A program made the translations under genes and the position numbers. A stretch of 64,000 bases of DNA from Kudoa neothunni (taxonomy: Eukaryota > Animalia > Cnidaria). The notes beneath the pieces are model-generated. The model was given only the letters and a program-made list of their open reading frames with translations, was not told the origin of the DNA and did not search any database. The DNA is taken from positions 9,865,315 through 9,929,314 of the forward strand of contig OZ199840.1 of assembly GCA_964304625.1 (NCBI GenBank), read 5' to 3'. Position 1 is the stretch's first letter; every line of letters starts with the position of its first letter. This document shows positions 47,100 through 60,100 of this stretch, piece by piece.

Positions 47100-47410
47100 T
47101 ATTTGTAAAATTAGAATCAGTCTCTCTCATATGTCTAATTTATCAATTTATGGTGTAGTCTAATAATGTCTAAATAAATATACCATTTTAAAATAGTTAT
47201 GAATTTAGCTTCTAAGTTAAATCTGCAAATTTGTTTTTTTCACCGGCCGAGGACGTAAATTTGAAAAAAACAGTTGAGAATCTACGATATCAATAACACT
47301 TTTAATGTTGTATTTAAACGCGTTATTATTTAAGAATTAATTCAATGCTAAGAAATTACACACAATTTTAGTGTAATAAACGACCCAGAAAGTCTTATTA
47401 AGTTGGTTAA

Positions 47411-48560
47411 CTTTCCGAGGGCCTCAAAATCGGCTATACACATGGTGCTTTTGAGGTCAATTTGACCCCAGGTCTTTATTTTTATTACATCGTTAAATGC
47501 AATAAGGAGGTATGTAATCATACATAACGTTAAAAAAAATTAATCGACAAATTTCTGTTATATTTTCACCAAGAGTTACTACACTGCATGTATACAAAAT
47601 AATTCGAATTCGCGTGAATTTAATGGCATAATCTGTGTTTTTGTCGACTTGGAGTTTATTATAACAAATTAGTTAGATAAATTAGCCCTCCAAGTGAATT
47701 TTTACAATAATATTATAGTGTATTAATGTAACATAATTCCTCACCACTTATAGTAATTTTATATCTGTATAAATGCTTTCGGAAAAATAAATTGAATTTT
47801 TGTTGCCATATATCAAAAAGGTTAATGTAAAAACATCTTCCACATAAAATTATTTAAAATATTGATAAATGTGATTTTTTAAAATTTACTGGAATTCTAT
47901 TGAGTAAATAATGAGCAAATAACAAAACACTATACACGCGATGTCAGTACGCATGCGCTATAGGTATAATCATGTTGTTCCCTCAAGAATACAACGATAG
48001 CTCCTCATTCTCTCATTAATTTTAATTCAATCATTCAAAATACGACGAATTTTCGTCATTGTGTTTATTTTACGTTGTAGAGAACATCCTAAAACATATA
48101 TGAAAATTTTTCATCAATATTCATAGTTTCGTAATATAGAAAGCAATCAAAAAGCATATGATATATGATAGAATTGTTCAACATATCAACATCGTGACAT
48201 GTTTTGTGTTTTTTTATACGCAGTTTTACATTGCATTGTTTATAATAAGATAAATTAACTGAAAGCTGTTATAAAACTTGAATTAAATCTTAAAACTAAA
48301 AAACCGCAGAAATACTCCAATAAATATAATCATATTCCATAGAAATGTAACAACATTAATTTGCGCGCACGCGTGTATAGAATACAACTTTAGTAATTGG
48401 TCATTTATTCAAAACTTACCCAATGAATTTTCCTCATATTTTGTAAGTCAATGCTGAATTTTATTAGAGATAATTTTATTAAATAAAAAAGTGGGGTAAA
48501 TTTTGACCCCATTTTTATTTGGAGGGTGTAAATATTTCAGCTACTTAGTTACTTAGAAGG
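47411..48560. mobile_element. Non-autonomous piggyBac-like element
   Basis: TTAA on both flanks and degenerate CYYT... termini. Subterminal palindromes GGTCAATTTGACCCC (~47455) and GGGGTAAATTTTGACCCC (~48493). Confidence 0.55.
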
Positions 48561-49209
48561 TTAAGAAGGCACAACTATTTGAACAGACTATAATCGTTTA
48601 TACAACTCGGTATTTATCCATGATACTATCATTCATAAATAGCCCTATATTTTACCCCAACAAACTCACATTATTAAAAATGAGTCAAGTTGGAGTTCGC
48701 TCACATGTATGTACAGTAATGCTACCAATTAAAACCCTGTTTGATTAGTTGGATGGTTGCTTATTTCATAAACGAAATTCTAAGAGAGGAATGGACGTTT
48801 TATGTCGATATATAATGAACTTATTTGCATTTTAAAATATTTTACGAATTTTACAGATAGCTTGTTTTTGACCGCTCAATGATGAACCAGATAAATGTAG
48901 GGTAGCCAACATTTTCGCCCATTAACGACAGAAAACCTTGTTAAACTAGTTACAAGGATCAGGCTTAAAATTAAACATCTAAAATGAAAATATTAACCCA
49001 ACTTAATTTTACACATAAATGCCCATCCGTTGATAATAATAAAAGATTATTATCGAATTGCGCAATACAATCAAAGTCCGTAAAAATTGCAGACTTTTCA
49101 AAACGAACTTTAAACATATGTAAAGCTAATGAATATGCATATAAACGATGGTAGTTATAATAGTGTGTTTGGGCTAACACAAAACAATGCAAAATTCTCA
49201 ACAAATAAG

Positions 49210-50086
49210 CTATTGATTTTGTCTAGAAATCGCATGCACGATATTTTCGTAACCGTGTTCATCAACAAACCAATGGATTCTTTTCAGGGAGTCATCAAAT
49301 GTTGACTCATTTCTACACAGGACAGAAGCTGGCAGATTCAAATTGTTAGGTTTTCTGAAGCAAGCACCTAAAGCGTCTTGCTTTTCAGGCCCGAAAGAAA
49401 CCACAAAAATTCTTTCACTAGCGTCTAACAAAGGCATAGTAAGTGTGACCCTATTAGGAGGTGGTTTTGGTGAGTTGCGCACAGGAGCAACCCAAAACTT
49501 TGATTCGATTTGGTCGTCAAAGTTTTGTAGAAAAGGACTATCGGGGAACAGAGAACAAATATGGCCATCACCACCCATTCCGAGAATCATCAAGTCAAAT
49601 ATTGGCACACCAGATGTGCTCTTTCGAGTGACATTGGTATTAATTAGATCGCTGTATTCGTTTGCGCATTTTTCAATATCAACATCTGGGTTGATATGAA
49701 ACACGTTGGGTGACGGAATTGAAATCTTCTCGAATAAACACTGTGACAACAGTCTATAATTTGAATCTTTATCTAAATACATAAACATATAGACGATTGG
49801 ATTTCAACAGATACAATCAGATTTGTAAGAAATCAAATTGCCGACCTGTTAAAGGCACGTATCTTTCGTCGGCGAAATAAAAGTGATATAAACTGAGATT
49901 GTATTCGTGGGGTTTCAACTTGAGAAATGCCTCGGCAAATAAATTTGCAGCACTTCCACCGGAAAGTGCTATATTTCTGTGTTGACCGTCACAATTGCCA
50001 CCGCCACTTGTGAACATATGGCGAAGTTTCTCAGCCAACTTGTCGGCTAAGTGGCGTTTCGAGGACGAGTGTTCAACGACAACCAT
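49210..50086 (-). CDS. PGLS: 6-phosphogluconolactonase; join complement(49846..50086,49210..49772), 267 aa
   Basis: IALSGGS, YFADERYVPLT|DKDSNY, FDLMILGMGGDGHICSLFP and SPKPPPNRVTLTMPLL. A 73-nt GT-AG intron restores the frame. Confidence 0.95.
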
Positions 50087-52338
50087 TATCTATATTATCT
50101 ATAGTGCTCAGTAGGTTGTGGACCTAATTTGTGAATCTGTTACCTAAGCGCTTTCCTGTAAAATTGCAATCGGATCCCGATTATAATCTCAACTTAATTT
50201 TCGTTATTGTCGAGGTTTAATTAGGCACACTTTTGATAGCGGTTAATTGCAGATTGAAAATTTACGATATCGTACGAATTGGTTCTCAATAAAACGAATT
50301 CGTCATTTTTATGCTATAGGTTGATCTTGTAATTCTCACAGCTGGGACTATTGTATTTTAGATCCATTTCACACACTACACAACCACAACTAATGATCTA
50401 TGAGTAACTTTACACATAACCTACTACTCATTTTAGTACTTTGGGTTAGCAACGGTACTAATCCATATTAATGAATAATCCAGTCATTAATATTTATTTC
50501 TTTTGAATGAGATTTAACGAATTAAGGATAGTCATTTGTAATTATATTGCTTTGTTTAATTGAATTTTTTCTAAACACAAAGGATAACCTACTGTTCTCA
50601 TGTGTTGTGCTATCAATTGCAATAATTTTGAGTAATATTCATCACAATTGCGTAAACATAAATCTTAATCTCCTATTTAATACCACAATAGTAATGACAA
50701 TCATGTAATTTTACGAACACACATAGTATATTAGATTGTGAATGTAATTTCTAAGTGGAATATTTTGGAGAAATTGATTGTCATAATAGAACATTTTGAA
50801 TTACTAACTTAAAATTCCCTCGATAAAAATAGATAACGAACACAATCTTTTCGATAATCACATAATCAATATGTTATATTGGGGCATGAAATGAAGGAAA
50901 TATTTCACTGATGCACGTATTAAGGAGGTGGTGTTGTCAATTCAATGCAGTCGGTCGTAAAAATCGTCTGCAGCTAAAATATCTAATTTGGCCATTAATC
51001 TCTTTATTATCTCAAAACAATGAATTGAAACCGCTATTCTTTTCAATTATTTTGTTTCCAAGTAAATTAATTATCACCTTACTGTAGTTTGAACAATTAA
51101 TTAAATAGATTAATTGAAATGACTTCTCCAAACTTTTTCAATTTAACAGCTATAAATTCAATATAATATGCTTTATTTTTGTCTTACGCAACATTAACAC
51201 CAGTGTACAGGTTCGTGACTAATTGCATTGCCGAATAATGTGCGCGAGAACTAAACGAACTGGCAAAATAATTTTCTAAAAGTTATCAAAATGAAAACTT
51301 TTATTTATTTTGATGAATCTATACAGCAGCTTGATTCAACGAAAAATATCACATTCTTTATTAAAACCTGTGTTAATTGCATATAATATCGTTTTAGATT
51401 TAAATAAGGATATATTTACTAGGATTTCGACAAGAATGTTCAATTTAATTACAATCCGAACTAAAAAATTAAAAAGAAATTTTTCGATTTATATATTTGC
51501 AATTCACAAAGGTAGTTTAGTTGCACATGGAAATTTTGTTTAAGATGTTTGTTTTATTTATTTTTGTTTTTGGAGAAAAAATGACCGTAACACCACACCT
51601 TGTTTCCGTTTGTATACGTATAACTAACTTCCAAATAAGCTAAACTATCACAACTGGATGTAGAAAAATATTCTTCCATCATATCTCAAATTTCACTGCA
51701 ATCTAAGTCATAATTCGTTAGAAGTTCATCGTATAATTCTTCCATATCTAACGGCGGGTGATGATCGTTATTACTCGAGCAAGTACGGAGACATGAAGTT
51801 ATATTTTTCTCTATATTTAATAGACTTATCATGATAAATTAGAATGTGTTATTTTATAAAACTTTTTAAATATTTTATTGCGATAAAAGATGAGGTTTAT
51901 TGGAAGCTATGCACAGCTTTGCTTAAGTAATTGATATAAAATTCAAAATAAATAAAAAATTATAATTAAAACATAAATATATAACAATTTAAAAAAAATA
52001 ATGATTGGACATCAAAAATGCTAGGGAGCTCAAGTATAGTATAACGACTCACAAATTATTGTTACGAAATAAGGTAATTAGTTGAGAGAAAATATTATCT
52101 CCTCCCACTAATATTTAAATAAATATTGTATTTAAATTAATTATATCTATTGGGAAATATTTGAGTTGATTAGTATTTCCTTGTTTTGTCCATTTTCAAC
52201 AATTTAAATATAATCGTTAAAAAAGTGGTAAAAAGTTGAATTTTTGTAATAAAAAATTTTAATTTATCAACTTAATAAGCCAAAATCTGAGAAAAATTCT
52301 AGATACTAAAACTACGATAAAGAGGAAATTAAGAAATG

Positions 52339-53225
52339 TTAAATGGGTTCGAGAATTCCAGATTTGACAAAATTATCACACAAATGAGATTCCAAATAGT
52401 ACTAAACATAATTAGCTAAAATCTCACGCTCAAACAAAATACGATGGAATCTTTCCTAAAATTCACCACCTGACCATTAGCTAAAACTACATCTCCAATA
52501 TTCTTTGAACATTTCACCTAAATCTCGGTGTAATCACAAATCTCTCGGTATCTTTTGGGCTACCTCCATGAAATAAGAAAGTGGTGGGTCAAATATCTAA
52601 TTGAATTGTCGTCAAAAAGATCAACGATAAAAAACCACTTTTGTCATGTCAATTCCAACAACTTTCGAATAGTCATCGATATTTTGAGTGTAATTTTTGT
52701 ACCAATCATTCTTATTGGTATAGATGAAAGTTTGTACATTCAAATTTTCAATTACTTCCAAATTGGTGATGCTTTTCTCAATAGTAGGGGGTAACGTGGA
52801 AATGTAGGACCAGCGTATCTGCTTCAAATACATAAGTCTGTGATAGCTAAATCGGTCCTAATTAAGCTTAAAATTAAAAACAAATAACCTACAGATAATT
52901 TAATAGGCAACGTTTATTGAATTCAATAGAAGAATGTCTAATTTGTATTCCTGGTAGAAAGGCCATATTGTCGTCAACTGACGCAGTTCTACGCATAATG
53001 TAATAAAAAATTGTTTGTTTCTTTGTATAATGGAAGTGTTACACTTCATTCATATTTTTTTGGTAAAGAGCGCCAATTTCATCAACCACGCCACCAACTG
53101 CTGAATCCTACAACTAATTGGTTCAAATGTTCTGTAGACGAAACAACAACATTAAAATCGAGAAAATTATCATCTGAATATCGTTTCAATTCTTTTACTA
53201 ATTGCAAACCATGTAGTCGAAACAT
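52339..53225 (-). CDS. GINS1: DNA replication complex GINS subunit Psf1 (8 short exons)
   Basis: MFRLHGLQLVKELKR...DFN|DSAVGGVVDEIGALYQKNMNEV, IRHSSIEFNKRCLLNYLYHRLMYLKQIRW, DPPLSYFME|VKCSKNIGDV and FVKSGILEPI* follow Psf1 along its length. Confidence 0.9.
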
Positions 53226-53237
53226 GTCAGCATAAAT

Positions 53238-53250
53238 TGCGCTTGCGCCC
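53238..53250. promoter_or_regulatory. NRF1-like motif TGCGCTTGCGCCC just upstream of GINS1
   Basis: Identical to 2684-2696 and in the same orientation relative to its minus-strand gene. Confidence 0.55.
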
Positions 53251-53367
53251 CGCATTAATTTTTATTTCTTCACGTTCAAAAATGCGATTTTAACATTTTA
53301 CTACGTATTATTTCTATCTGTTTATAAAACAAATAAAATCTTAGTTACAAATATTGGATGCGCAAAT

Positions 53368-53701
53368 TTATATATATATATATATATATATTCTTTATAT
53401 ATTCTTTATATATTCTTTATATATCCTTTATATATTCTTTATATATTCTTTATATATCCTTTATATATTCTTTATATATTCTTTATATATCCTTTATATA
53501 TTCTTTATATATTCTTTATATATCCTTTATATATTCTTTATATATTCTTTATATATCCTTTATATATTCTTTATATATTCTTTATATATCCTTTATATAT
53601 TCTTTATATATTCTTTATATATCCTTTATATATCCTTTATATATCCTTTATATATCCTTTGTATATCCTTTATATATCCTTTATATATCCTTTATATATA
53701 T
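53368..53701. repeat. Tandem array of 11-bp units TATATATTCTT/TATATATCCTT with a 33-bp higher-order period, preceded by (TA)n
   Basis: Directly visible; produces the spurious YSLYILYIFFI ORFs. Confidence 0.95.
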
Positions 53702-53849
53702 AGGAGAAAACTTAAGTGTTCCAACAATATTTTGTGTTAATGCGAAAAGATAATATAATATTAGAGTCCAATATAGTTATGCATGTATGTGATTAAAGTT
53801 TGTATTTTATCACTTAAGCTTAAGGATTCACGTTTTCAAAAAATAAGGC

Positions 53850-55000
53850 GGCAATGGTTGATATTAAATCAAACGATGAGTTTTTTTTGCTTATAAATAA
53901 TAATGAAATTCTATTTAACTTCTTGTTTTCGAAAAAAAATCGTCCATGACCTTCCAAAACAATGTAGAAATTGTAGAGGTTGTGACACAATGTATACCTC
54001 TACAAGAAAGAGAAAGGAAACTAGCCAATTAATTTCTTCATTAAATAATGTTGAAAACATAGTTATATACATATGTAGAAAGTAATTGAAATACAATAAG
54101 TTTATTTTATTTAAATAAGACAGATGTAAAACAAAAAAAACCTTTTTTACCGGAAATAATGAGGGAACACAACAAAAATTATCTACCAAGAATACCTTAA
54201 AGATCTTGTATTATTGGTCTTTAAATAATACTATTGAATCAATCTCATCACTGGTTTCTGTCTCCAAAAAATCGAGTATAAATTGGTTTATTAAAATTCG
54301 AACAATTTCCTCAATCGACAAAAATTCGGCGGTGATGGATACATTATTGAAATTGATGTAAGTCTATTACATGGCAAAAGAAAAAATAACAGGGGTCGTT
54401 ACTTGAATGGAGATTCTTGGAAACATTCTACTACAAAGGAAATTTTTATCCCTGAGAATGAAGTGACAGTAATATGAAAAAAAGTTTAATTAATTTGTTA
54501 TATCTTCTAGACGGATGGAAGTGGAAGTGGAAGTGAGTATCGCCCTGATTGTGGAGAGTTGTCTGACGAATATACATATATATATATATATGTTATTTAA
54601 CTATACGATAGTAAATTTTATAAGTTAGCTCTATGTTCGAATTCTGAAAAATATGGGAATAGGGTGGACGGTTCCTGGGTTTTTGGTCTTTGTTTGTGCT
54701 CAGTTGATCCTGATGGGAGAAGGACTCTAAAAGAGGTAAGGTATTTCAATGTTTAAAGAAGAAATCATGAAACTCTGATACCAATAATTGAGAACGAGAC
54801 TACAATCACATTCGAATCAACCATTCCCAAAGTTATTGTATTAATGGCAACAACATTCGAATACTATCGAATGTTGATGGGGTCGGCTCAAACTTAAGAT
54901 CCTTAAAATAAAGAGAGGTGTGAGTCGACTAAATTTCGATAGTTACCTGCATGAAGAATGGTTCCGATCTATTATGGGTGGGAAACTCAATTTATTTAAC
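53850..55000 (+). mobile_element. Decayed Merlin (IS1595/ISXO2-like) transposase
   Basis: N-terminal Cys cluster (CRNCRGC...YICRK), GDGYIIEIDVSLLHGKRKNNRGR (VEIDES...KRKYNRGR motif), WVFGL, RRNHETLIPIIE, NHSQSY and SNTIEC.WG. Many stops. Confidence 0.78.
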
Positions 55001-57198
55001 AACTATATGAATATTATTAATAAATATTACCCAATTGAATAAACCGTCAGATTTTATGCGCAATAAAAGCATAATAAATGTCTAAAGTTGATTGGAATAA
55101 TTTTCTCGATCTAGCATCATAAATATATGGGGATATTAATGACTTCGTATGTGACGTGAAAAATCAATTTTACCAAATAAGACCTTTATAAATGAATATA
55201 CTATGATATAATGAGGGTGTTAAAATATAATTATAAAAGAATAAATAACATTCAAATCATAAAACTTTTAAAATATTGTAATAGAATGCACAATTCTATA
55301 GGCTTTATGTTAACTGATTTAATCATGCCTAAGGTATATTTTTGAACGTTTTGTGAAAAAGATGTATTATCTTTAAAATGATTTTTAACTTTATGCATAT
55401 ACAAGAAACATTTGGAGTAGATAGGAAAAAAATTGCCACAAGATATAATAATTATTAGTTAAAATAAAATAATATGTTTAGCTCATTTCGGAAAATGTAA
55501 AATATTATCTACTTTTTGGTAGAAAATTGTCTATAAAAAAAATTATAAACTAAAAAAAACCAAAATTCTTTCGTAAAATTCTTTATAAACTTTGATTTTT
55601 CCATTTTAAATCTGTATATTGTGAAAATTTCCAAAATAAAATGATTCAATTTTCAATTTATTAAATCGGCAAATAAGTAGATTTCACATATTTTGAAAAT
55701 CATTTTCAATAATTAAATAGGATAACTTCACAAAAACATTAATTTAAATTGGTTAAAACGGGAAAACAATACCTAAAGTAGTATCATAAATGAGATTAAT
55801 ACAACATACATAGGATTATGACAACGAATTTAGGAAAAATTAGAAACAACAACAAAAAATTTATTTATTTTTATATGCTGCAACTTTGTAAAGAGAATGA
55901 ACTATATCTAGAAAAAATCATGACATCACGCAGAATTTGGGTGGCCGGTAAGTACACCATTACCCTCATATCATTATTTGACGAGGTTTTCAAAAGTTCA
56001 TATAATTAGTATTTTGTGAAGCAATTTTAGGGAAGACCCCCACGCTTTCATTGGCGGAAATTCGTCATACCATTAAGTATATCCGTTGCAATAACCATTG
56101 CATTGGAAAAAACCCATGGTTGAATATTAAAAAAATCCAAGAATTAAACAATATTTTATGGTAGTATCGTATTTATAAAAAAAGAAATTTATTCTATTTT
56201 CCCAAGAAAAGGCTCTGCAGAATTTCCGGATGAAAACGGAAGAGGACCAAGTTCTCAATTATTGACATTGCTTAAGTCGGATTAAGTCGGTTACGATTCT
56301 AATCTAAATCAAACGAAAGAAAATTAAAACTAATTAAAGAAGAAAACAGGAAAGTCGCAAATAATGTAATAAGTTGCAAAATGAATTCTGGGATTCTCAC
56401 TCTGGATTTTTAATTATACATTTTACCGTTCCTAAGTTTAACTTTACATCGTAACTATATTTAATAATTAACTTTACCAAACATATGTTGAGACACAGTA
56501 TTCACAACAACCATTACAGTGATCCTATCCACAGTATGGTAAAGAGGATTAAAGTTCGTGATTCAATCAACAATTTTAAAACGTAACTTCTCCCATATGG
56601 ATAGAATTTTCTCAAACTTAATAGTAAAAGATTGTTTTCTATTAAAACATTAACAAATATTTGGCATCAATTAAAGACAAACCCTGTTAATCGCAATATA
56701 TTCAATCCAATGATCGATCGGATTGTTGTTTGTTATACTTCAAGGTAATCCCTGTAGGTGAGAAAGAACAATGTCATCAGGTAACGTGACAATCAGCTGT
56801 CTATCGGGATGGAATAACGCAATTATTGCTTATTGCCACTTGATAAGTGTTATTAATATTCAAGTTAATGAATTTTAATTGGTAAAAAACACCCAGATTA
56901 AAAAAAGTTTCAGTTTAATAGTTAGTGGTGGAATTTTTGATTATTCAAAAGCTGAGAGATTTAAAAAAAAATCTATAGGTTGAGCATAAAATTCCAACAA
57001 ATTCGGTACGGCATACACATCACAAACACACTTTTGATCAGAACATCGGGATTTAATCGGCTTGTGGAGATAAATTATCGTCGATAGGTTATTGACCTGT
57101 GTCAGTTGAAAAAACTAACTTAACTATCCAAATCTAACAGTTAGTCTTTTTTATAAACTCAAATAAATTTATAAATTTTTAGTTTTCCAGTGGATTGA

Positions 57199-60100
57199 AT
57201 GTCGGAGTTTTATTGTGGATGTTTAGTGACTAAACATTCATGGAAGGGAAAGTATTTTTGTGATACCCATCGTTGTATTTTATAATTTTCATGTCATGTT
57301 GTTGAAAGATATAAACGATTGCTATGCGTTACAAGTACCCATTTGAACACGTACAATCCAAACACTCTCGATTTGACAAATTCTGTAATTTTTACCTCAT
57401 TTCATGATAAAATTTATTTTTTTGTACGCAATGAAAAAATAGTGGCCAATGGAAGAGATTGTTTCTGTGTTTGTGAATCCTAAGGCCCCTGGGTCAAACG
57501 AATTTTGTGTTTCATTCAAAAAAAGTATCAATCTCTTAGGGGGTTTTTTCTCAGATATTATTTACTCAAAAATGAATGTAGGTAAAATGCTCACATTTTC
57601 CACTAGCCACTATGAAACTGTTATAAGTGAACTTTTGGTATATTTTTATTTGATCGAGAAATAATTTTTTAATCTATTAAACGAAACAGAGAAATAAAAG
57701 GAAGTTTTCTCAGCAAAATTCTGAAGTCGATGATATTGTATTTATACGAATGGGTTGTTTGGGTGGAGAATGATGACTGTGTTTGTATTAAGAAATTCCA
57801 AGGTTCGAAAGTGCTAAGATCGGGGAATTCGATCCCAGTTATACTGATGGTAACATCGTGCGGTTTGGAACAATGGAGTGTTTCGTTGAAACGACGAATT
57901 GCTGTCTATTTCTATAAAGATATTGAGTTCATAATTCCAGTAAATAGATTTTAGCTGGTTTGTGTCGGTTGAATGTTGTTCTAGTTGAAAAACAGAGAAA
58001 CCGGCTTCATCATACAGCATTCGGTCACCAAGAGAAAAGTAGTTTTTGTCGTATTCACTTTTATTGAGTTTGAATTATTTGAAGCGTGCTTTTTTGGTGA
58101 AAAACTACAATCAACTGGTTTCTCGAATGTCCACCTTGTCTTTGCAATATTTGGGACATCGAATCAAGTAACATTTTCCTTTCTAATCAAAAATTGATCT
58201 TACAAATTTGTTGATTTGGAAACTTTTAGCTTTCAAACCGAAGGACTTTCAATGGAACAGTTGCAAGATATTAAGTTTGGGATTTTTTCGTAATTTTAAA
58301 CTTATCAAGCTAAAAAATAGATAATTATCATTATTCTCTTTATAATAGTGATGATGAATCGATGAGAGTTTGTGCTCAGTTTCCTGTCACAAAGCTCACC
58401 ATTCGAAATGAGGTAATAAGAAACTTGGTGATCATTTTTCATTTGTCGATTTTTGACTAGAATAATGTTTCGAGGATTTTTTCAATCTCGGAAAATTGTT
58501 TCATTGAACATGACCCTGAAACCTACAGACCTGTGACTGTTAAACCCTTAAATATTGTGAGCTTCTCCGAATTTCAACTATGCTTAATTAAAATTATAAT
58601 CGAATAGATATGGCGCATCATTCGTTGCATGGACAACCCTCAAATGTTCGGCATTGAACTCATCACATCTCGACTGGATTCCACACTCTATTATTGCTGT
58701 GCTGAAAGGGACGTGCTTTTGTCAACTCTGATTGATGTCATTAGAATGAACTGCTCTCCGGATATCTACATCCAATGCACTAACATGAAAAATGGTATGA
58801 TTTTTCGGGAATTTTTTAGATTAATATTTAATCTTTTTAGTTCCTCGATTTTATATTCCTGGGCATGTAATAGACGAAACAATCGAAATGTTACACCTTA
58901 AAATGCTGATCGAACAAGGTAGATACATTGTGATTAACAACTGAAATCAATCAATCAATCGATGTATAGAAAATAAAATCGAGTCTATCATTCGTTTCAA
59001 CAACAACATTCCCTATAATGGAATTGTGAACGCAGAAGATTCACCAGATGTTTGTTGCTTTGTGGGACTCCTGTTTTAACACTCGCTTAGAGTCTTATTT
59101 TTAAGGATAAAAAACAACGATTGGTTATCAGTGCTCTCACATCTATTCTTTCTTTGAGTATGTGTTGAATTTAATAATTGATGCTTTTCAATGTCGTCTA
59201 GCAAACATTGAAAAATTTTCCAACGCCGAAATGGAACAATACCTTCAATGTCTTCGGAGAATATTTGCCACCAAATACGGCTATCAATCATTCACATCCA
59301 ATCCACTGTATTTTTTCATTGACTGATATTTGAGCTCTCTTATTGCTGAATAGATATATGAAAAATCTGGGTGGCTGTATTGTCAAAGCCCTGAAACGAG
59401 AAAACGAAGATGTCTCTTATGCTGCCATTGAAATGCTCAACTCTCTCCTTCATGTATGTTTTCTAATCAAAGATTATATTTCATGTAACAAAAATGAATC
59501 TAGCCTATGCACAATAACTATGAACTCTATTTCGAACAACAAAACAAACTCTCCATACTCTCCTCGGTCAAATTCATTCAAACTATTTTCAACACGCTTA
59601 AAACTCACATTGAGCGTGGAACAGGCGCCCTCATCATCAGCTCAATCCTAGATTTTATTACGTTTATAATATGCGAACCTTATAGGTAATTATGTGTAGT
59701 TTTTGAGTATGTTCTCATTGAAAATCAGTGATACTACCGAAGGAGGTCAGTTTGATCAACTGATCGGAGAATTGCTACAAATTGGAAGAATTCTATTCAA
59801 ACTATTCAGTGTAAATCTCACTACAATTTTTTATGACAACGTTTGCTGCTAAAAGTATCTAAACTTACTCTGATTCATTTAGCATCCATCTGGATCGATT
59901 GTCAAATCCGCCGGATTGATAATGCAAGCTATTATCAAGGAAGCTGACCCTGACATTGTGTCAAAAATGCAGCATTTTGCTCTGTCAGAGGGAATCTACA
60001 CTAGATATCTACTATCAGCATTGTTCACTGACCCCTCTGACACACGCCAAATGATTAACAGGTATGGAGTCGTTTAGTTATCGTCAAATCTCATGTATTT

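Noticed and set aside
48875-48965. ATGATGA box C-like motif suggesting a C/D snoRNA
   Set aside because: No CTGA box D or terminal stem at a suitable distance.
53354-53753. Two hydrophobic YSLYILYI ORFs
   Set aside because: Translations of the 11/33-bp tandem repeat.
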